DNA from: Rhodosorus marinus CCMP1338
Lineage: Eukaryota > Plantae > Rhodophyta
Reading direction: 5' to 3'
Assembly (NCBI GenBank): GCA_029953675.1
Contig: JAMWBK010000010.1
Span: forward strand, 1,054,001 to 1,118,000
DNA length: 64,000 nt
Part shown: positions 58,511 through 64,000 of the stretch, piece by piece
Position numbering within the stretch: the stretch's first letter is position 1
How the letters are laid out: each line of letters starts with the position of its first letter
The notes under the pieces: model-generated
What the model was told of the DNA's origin: nothing
Seen by the model: only the letters and a program-made list of their open reading frames with translations
Database searches by the model: none
Program-made: the position numbers and the translations under genes

Positions 58511-59536
58511 GCCCTCTCGGCAACTGTAAGTAGAGGACCAAGGCCGAGTGGTGGGAGATGCTCTTGACTTATTACCTTGAAGCCAGCCCCTCTCAACATA
58601 TCCGCAAATGCGTTCTTAGCGGGAAAGCTTACGCTGCTCTTATGCAAATAGCTTTCGGATACACAAAGAGGATAGGCAGGTTAAGGGACGGTATGCTGGG
58701 AGCCCAATGATGGAATAATCATGGAATGAAAGGATCCTACCTATACGTTTCCCGGTGTCCCGAAATCAAGCCTCCGATAATTGGCATAATCGTTGATATG
58801 AAGAGTTCTCTTATTGTTGAGAGGAGTCCCTTTTCGTTTTCATCCGTTCCAGTCAGCTCGAGTATTGCGACTCTGCCATTCTTCTTCAGCACCCGGGCCA
58901 TTTCCTTCAAGCCTGCTTCACGGTCTTGAAAGTTTCGAACTCCGAATGAAACGATCTCGTGGTCAAAGCTTTCCTCCTTGAACTGTGACAGATTCTCTGC
59001 CTTGCCAATCAACAGCTGCACGCGCTCCGTCATTTGCTTCTTCAAAACTTTCTCTTTGCCAATGTCCAACATCTTTTGAGAAGGATCGATTCCAACCACG
59101 TTTACGTGGTCGTTCATTTCAGCTGCTAGGATTGCAACGTCAGCAGTTCCTAAAATGACATTCGGAAATCAGCAAGACACTCTCGTCCCGGGGAACTGAG
59201 CGCGCTAAGCATACCTGTTGCAACATCCAACAACCTACTGACATCTAGCTCAAGTGATTTAATTGCCGTACGTCTCCAGGTGTGATCAAGACCCTGCTTG
59301 TGATTGAGCATGTCAGCAGCTGGTCAATCCAGAACACGCCAAAGGCTAATGGACGGCCTCACCAAGGATATAATAGAGTTCAATAGGTCGTAGGTCGACG
59401 CAATCGCATCGAAAAACTCTCCAGAGCCATCCCTTACCAGGTGATCGGATCCGTGGCTCTCCGCTGCACATACCACTAGGATAACTCCAGCGGCAAGAAC
59501 AACCGCAAATCCACAACCTTTCTTAGTTTCCTTCAT
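58507..59536 (-). CDS. UbiE/MenG/COQ5-family quinone methyltransferase (4 exons) with hydrophobic N-terminus
   Basis: FFDAIASTYDLLNSIISL|GLDHTWRR..LLDVATG|TADVAI, GIDPSQKMLDIG, GKAENL, SFGVRNF, LKEMARVLKKNGRVAILE, TYR|YLHKSSVSFP; stop at 58507-58509. Confidence 0.92.
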
Positions 59537-59785
59537 GTCTTGTTCCTTCTTTCTTTTGCTACTAACACTTGCCAAGTCACTTGTCCATCAGTTCTGCCCC
59601 TTTGACAAGATCAATATCGCGCCTCACACATGATCTCGCGGTCCTGAGGTTGCATGGCTTGATCACAAGGGCTTGGTGACAACGAACAAAGTACTGAACA
59701 TTGGTAGGACGAATGCTTGCTGAGATTAGTCATAACCATAGCTGTCCTGTCGTTTAATAAGAGGTTTTATGTCCTTTTCGGGTGG

Positions 59786-60412
59786 TCATTCTTGACTAGC
59801 TCGTAGTAGAATTTCAATACCGTCAGATGCTTGACTATTTGGGGAGTATCTTCGAGTGCCCCATGCGTTCTCATCCGTTTCCAGAATCTGTGACAGGTTC
59901 AGGGGGGGGGAATCCTCGTACTCGATGTCGGAGGGCGAGTCTTTCCGATAGTCAGCCGGGGGTAGAAGGATCTCTTTGGCTAGAAACGTCTTTGCTTTTT
60001 CTTCCTCCGCTTCAAGTCGCAGAGAGGCTACAGCTGTTTCCCGAGCGTTTGGAGCTAGGAGGGCCCTAAGTCTTTCCTGGAGCTCGCCGCCAGCGGGAAG
60101 CAAGGATTTGGTCTTAACTCGTTTCTGGGACAGAGGAAATTTAAAGTCAGCGCAAACAACTAGGCAGCTCGATTGAACAACAATACGGATGTTCCAAAAC
60201 CTCTATACACGCACCCTGTATCGCTTCCTGGACTTCTTCCTCGTGTCAATAAGCTGCTCTCTGCTTCTGTTACTGTTCCTGTCCAGCTCAGCGAGAGGAG
60301 GCCGTGAGTAAACATCCTCGGCCTCGTTGGCGTCTGATGCTCGCTCAGGCTCCTGCTCCGTAAACACCTCGTCAAATTCAGGAGAGTCATCCGCCGTATT
60401 TTCCATTTCCAA
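59786..60412 (-). CDS. Hypothetical acidic/low-complexity protein (at least 2 exons; may extend upstream)
   Basis: MENTADDSPEFDE..KKSRKRYR is joined by a phase-0 GTGCGT..CCCAG intron to KRVKTKSLLPAGGELQERL..SQE*. No family recognised. Confidence 0.55.
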
Positions 60413-61348
60413 GGAAGCACTAAGAAGAAACTACGTATATAGACGCATCCACGTGTGTAGTAGCAACTCGCTCAGGAGCTCAAATATTCAACGATGGCAG
60501 TGAACCAGTAGCAAAACCCCGGGGCATAACTTCAGTATAGTGTCCTAGGTTCACATCCTCAACCGCAAGCAGTCCAATCCAAAGAATCCCACTCGGCTAT
60601 CAAGATTGGAAAACAGCGAGAACGCTCCTTTTCGAAAACCCGCACCCCAAACTCCCCCTCCAAACTTGGAGATTGAATCCAACAAAAAAGGAGCTAGACA
60701 AGCACTCTCGTTCTGTTTCAACAGCACAAATCGTTCTTCTTCTCACAGAGCTTTCTAAGCCCTAGCTTCCTCCCCATCACTCTTCCCTGCAGTCACGCAC
60801 ATACAAACACCTCCTCATCCTTCAAAAAAAAGAAGCGCGTCCACATTTCACCTGTGTACCATTGGCTACTTCAATCTCCCAAAAAGGATGAAGCAGCCCG
60901 GCCAAGAAACCAAACGACCTGCTATTTGGTTTCGTTCACTTACGCCCCATTCCAACCTATTTTATTCTAAAAAAAATATTTTATAATGACTGAGCTTCCC
61001 TGCGTTAACCAATCAATTTATCTAATTCTATGTCTATCTATCAATATTATCATAGTGACTAGCGACTATGTTCGGCGGGTTCAAATCAAAAATTTCATAT
61101 GAACGAATCATTGATCTACACATGTCCTATTAATTTCCAGCTCAGAATGCGAAACGATATTTCTCTATTTGTTAATGATTTTTGAGCTGCCTGGGACATG
61201 ATTAGCGGACAACGCGGCAAGATTTTTTATCTAAAGTATTTAAATAATTTCATGAATAAGAGGAGAAAAGGCAAGCCTGGAGGGTTTTGTGGTGTTGGAG
61301 GAGATCGGAATAGGTATGCTACCGCGGGATTTTATGGTATTGACGATG

Positions 61349-61770
61349 TCATGCTGAAACATCAGCTGTGCTGAAAGCTGTGCTGGAAGAGTTCGTTACG
61401 GGGAAGTTTTTTGGATGTGAACTGATAGTATGAGCACACAGGAGTAGATTTTGAGTGCTATCCACGAGCTCCGTTCTTGTTCCAGTTTCTGAGGAGCAAG
61501 CATCAGGAGCTGTCCTTAGGATATCCTCCGTGGTAGTACGTACAAGCTTCTTGGAACGGGTACCGCGCCTGCTTGAGAGTAGTGCTCGTTCCAATGGCTG
61601 TATATCTTCTGGACAATATCGTTAGCCAGAACCCAGCGGAAAAAAAAGGAAGCTGTTCTTGGCTGCAAGTGAAAGGAGGCAGTCGTATCACCAGTTCCGT
61701 TCCATGTTTGGACTAGCCTAACTAATTCTTCCACAGTTTCAATGTAGATCTCTCCGAAAGCATGGACCCA
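61349..61770 (-). CDS. Possible hypothetical gene fragment (2 exons)
   Basis: SWVHAFGEIYIETVEELVRLVQTWNGT joins via a GTGATA..GTCCAG intron to EDIQPLERALLS..VSA*. No start exon found. Confidence 0.3.
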
Positions 61771-62500
61771 GCTTGTCTATAAACACCTCAAAGTGCCCCA
61801 TTGAAAATCAGGTAATCTTAAATCAAACTCTCTCATCTTTTAATTATCACACATGATACCGAAACAGTAGGGCATCCTAGGGGAGCAAGCGCCAAGATCC
61901 AGGATCCTCCAAATCTAAATAGACTGAATAAGAGACTGAATACCCGAAATAATTTAGAAATATATAGTCTCGTCGACGATTTTCGACTTCTGGCGATGAA
62001 TTTTTGTCGGCGCATTCGCCCCCCTCCAACAGTAAGCACAATTTTTAATAAAGTAGCATTCCAAAAATTATTTTGGACTTTCTTGATGGAAGCTCTGATT
62101 CCCATCCAGCCCTTGCCCGAAAAAAACCATCGCCCGGAGAATGCAAACGAATGCGCGTACCCCCCTGAATCGATGAGATGAACTTTCCTCATAATTAAAC
62201 AAATCCTATTATTGAATAATTATTGTACATATGTTTTGGCGGGACTTTTGCGTTGGATAGGTTAGGGGTGGCTATAGACGATTGGAAATTTTTTCTCCCC
62301 GACGAATGTGATGCCCTGAATGGGGGCGGAGAAATGGATGTGGAAGCATATTGGGGGCTATTAAGCTTCCACCGGGGTACAGGGCGCAAGGCCTTCGGGG
62401 AGGGGTCTGCGGGGCTGGTGGGATTCTGTCGAAGTTTTTCGCTAGGTGTACATAAGAAAGGCTGGAGTTTTGTTGAGGTATTCTCTGTTTTCAATTGACG

Positions 62501-63304
62501 ATGGTTGGTGAAGATAAGAATCAAGGCTTCGTGGCGGTTGCGAAGCAGTCGCCGTCGGAGTCTTATCAAGTCACGCGCTCCTGGGGACAGAAGAGTGGAA
62601 GCTTTCTGGATAAGAGTGGTAAGATTGGTTGTACATAAGATACTCCCCTGTTGTCGCTTTTTCGACAGAGTTCTGACGTTGAACTTGCGCCCGTTCGCAA
62701 ATTTTTCTGTGCAGCAATCGTGTTCGATTGGGATGACACTCTTTTCGCCTCAAGTGCGATGTCAAGCTACGGACTGTACTCTTCCGAGGAAATCGACTTG
62801 ACCAGTGAAATGCAAGGGCTGCTTATTGAGCTGGAAGAACACGTAATTTCCGTTTTGGAGAAAGCCGTTAGGTTCGGCAAAGTCTGCATTATCACCAACG
62901 CGGACAACGGATGGGTTGCGCTATGTGGAGAGCGGTTCTTCCCCCGTGCGTTGAGCTTTATTGAGAGGAAGGAGATCCCCGTCATCTCGGCAAGACATTT
63001 ATATGAGTCCAAATACCCAACTACTCCGAACAAGTGGAAGGAGGCAGCTTTCGCCGAACATCTAGCTCCCTGGTGCCACCGCGAGGAGGATCTGAACGTT
63101 TTAGTTCTAGGAGATGGCCTTAGTGAGAGACTTGCAGCGCACGCTTTTGCGAGGAATAGAACGCAGGCGCGTGTGAAAACTGTCAAGTTCATCGAGCATC
63201 CAACCATCAAGGAGCTCGTCCAACAGCTTTTCCTTTTAGAAACATCCTTTGATTATATCTGGGAGCACGACGGGACATTTGACATTGACCTCAATTTCCA
63301 GTGA
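62501..63304 (+). CDS. HAD-superfamily protein of the DWDDT subfamily (2 exons)
   Basis: Exons 62501-62618 and 62715-63304. Motif I IVFDWDDTLF, motif II IITNADNGWV, VISAR, WKEAAF, motif IV NVLVLGDGLSERLA, VKTVKFIEHP. Confidence 0.88.
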
Positions 63305-63737
63305 ACAGATGCAGAAGAAGGCCAGCTTCTGCTCCTGTTGAACGAATCAATCCTCTCATTAAAATCTAACTTATACTTGCGGACTAACATGAAATTTGCC
63401 TAGTAACTGGCCAGACTCTGATAACTTGCTAGCCCGCACCAAGCTCAGGAAAAACATGCCAGTACAAGACATGCATCTCAATCTGGCTGAGTCCACCCCG
63501 TCCACAGTACTCCCCTCCAATCGGTTCCATTCCCATTGAGATTGATAAATCAGGCACAAGCGAACCAGATTTCACACGCCGGAGAGTTGCTCGTTTTGGG
63601 GGGGGAAGGAATGTGGGAGTGCCAGCTTGAAGCGGGAGGCAGGAGATTGTCAGGCATCTGAGGCGTCCTCCGATACTATTAGACTGAGCTCTTATTGTAC
63701 GGACGTGTTTTTTGTGTTTGTTTTTCTACCGTTTGAG

Positions 63738-64000
63738 ATGCCTCGACTATCAAAAAGGCTGCCGTCCCTTGAAGCGAATTCTGACGAAGCCAGGGCATCC
63801 AATCGGCGCCTGAAGAAGCAGAAGGTGAGTTGTCCAATTGTGGTTCAGCGTGTCCTTCTGCGGGGGCTAATACGCTGTTTCTCCTGCCCCAGATGAGAGA
63901 GGCGAAGAAGAAGAGAGCACCGGCAGAGGCTTCCGCCGAAAAACTTGCAGCCGAAACTTCGAAGACGGCGAGCTTCGAGGCCGCCTTGGAACAGAGCAAG
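63738..64000 (+). CDS. 5' part of a gene (basic N-terminus), truncated by window end
   Basis: MPRLSKRLPSLEANSDEARASNRRLKKQK, then GTGAGT..CCCCAG intron, then MREAKKKRAPAE.. open to the window end. Confidence 0.6.

Overview
This is eukaryotic nuclear DNA. It is compact (~50% GC genes with short, ~70-170 nt GT-AG introns) and separated by AT-rich or G/C-tract intergenic spacers. The gene content (PPR and ferredoxin proteins with Phe-containing transit-peptide-like N-termini, a secreted Hint/Hog protein) suggests a unicellular red alga; this is inference only. Recognisable genes: a membralin-like fragment, a MAPK with an atypical T-V-Y activation loop, two divergent PPR genes, a G8/parallel-beta-helix secreted protein, a DnaJ-Fer-type ferredoxin lacking a J domain, a membrane-anchored coiled-coil protein with a pentapeptide repeat tail, GRASP55/65, a Spondin_N + Pro/Thr stalk + Hedgehog-type Hint(Hog) protein, TMEM209, CDK7/CDKD, RNase H2A, a UbiE/MenG methyltransferase and a DWDDT HAD protein. 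The 34.8-44.1 kb region is an accessory island. It holds at least seven decayed fragments of CRE-like (restriction-like-endonuclease) non-LTR retrotransposons from about three subfamilies, MITE-like elements, a 360-bp foldback and two paralogous secreted Cys-rich genes. The standout is a 6-exon gene at 46030-51279 (~1608 aa) built from three homologous [TM - ~430-aa Cys-rich ectodomain - TM] units in one polypeptide. That is the topology of a trimeric ENaC/P2X/PAC-type channel, here potentially encoded as a natural single-chain pseudo-trimer. All gene models were assembled by hand; no database searches were run.
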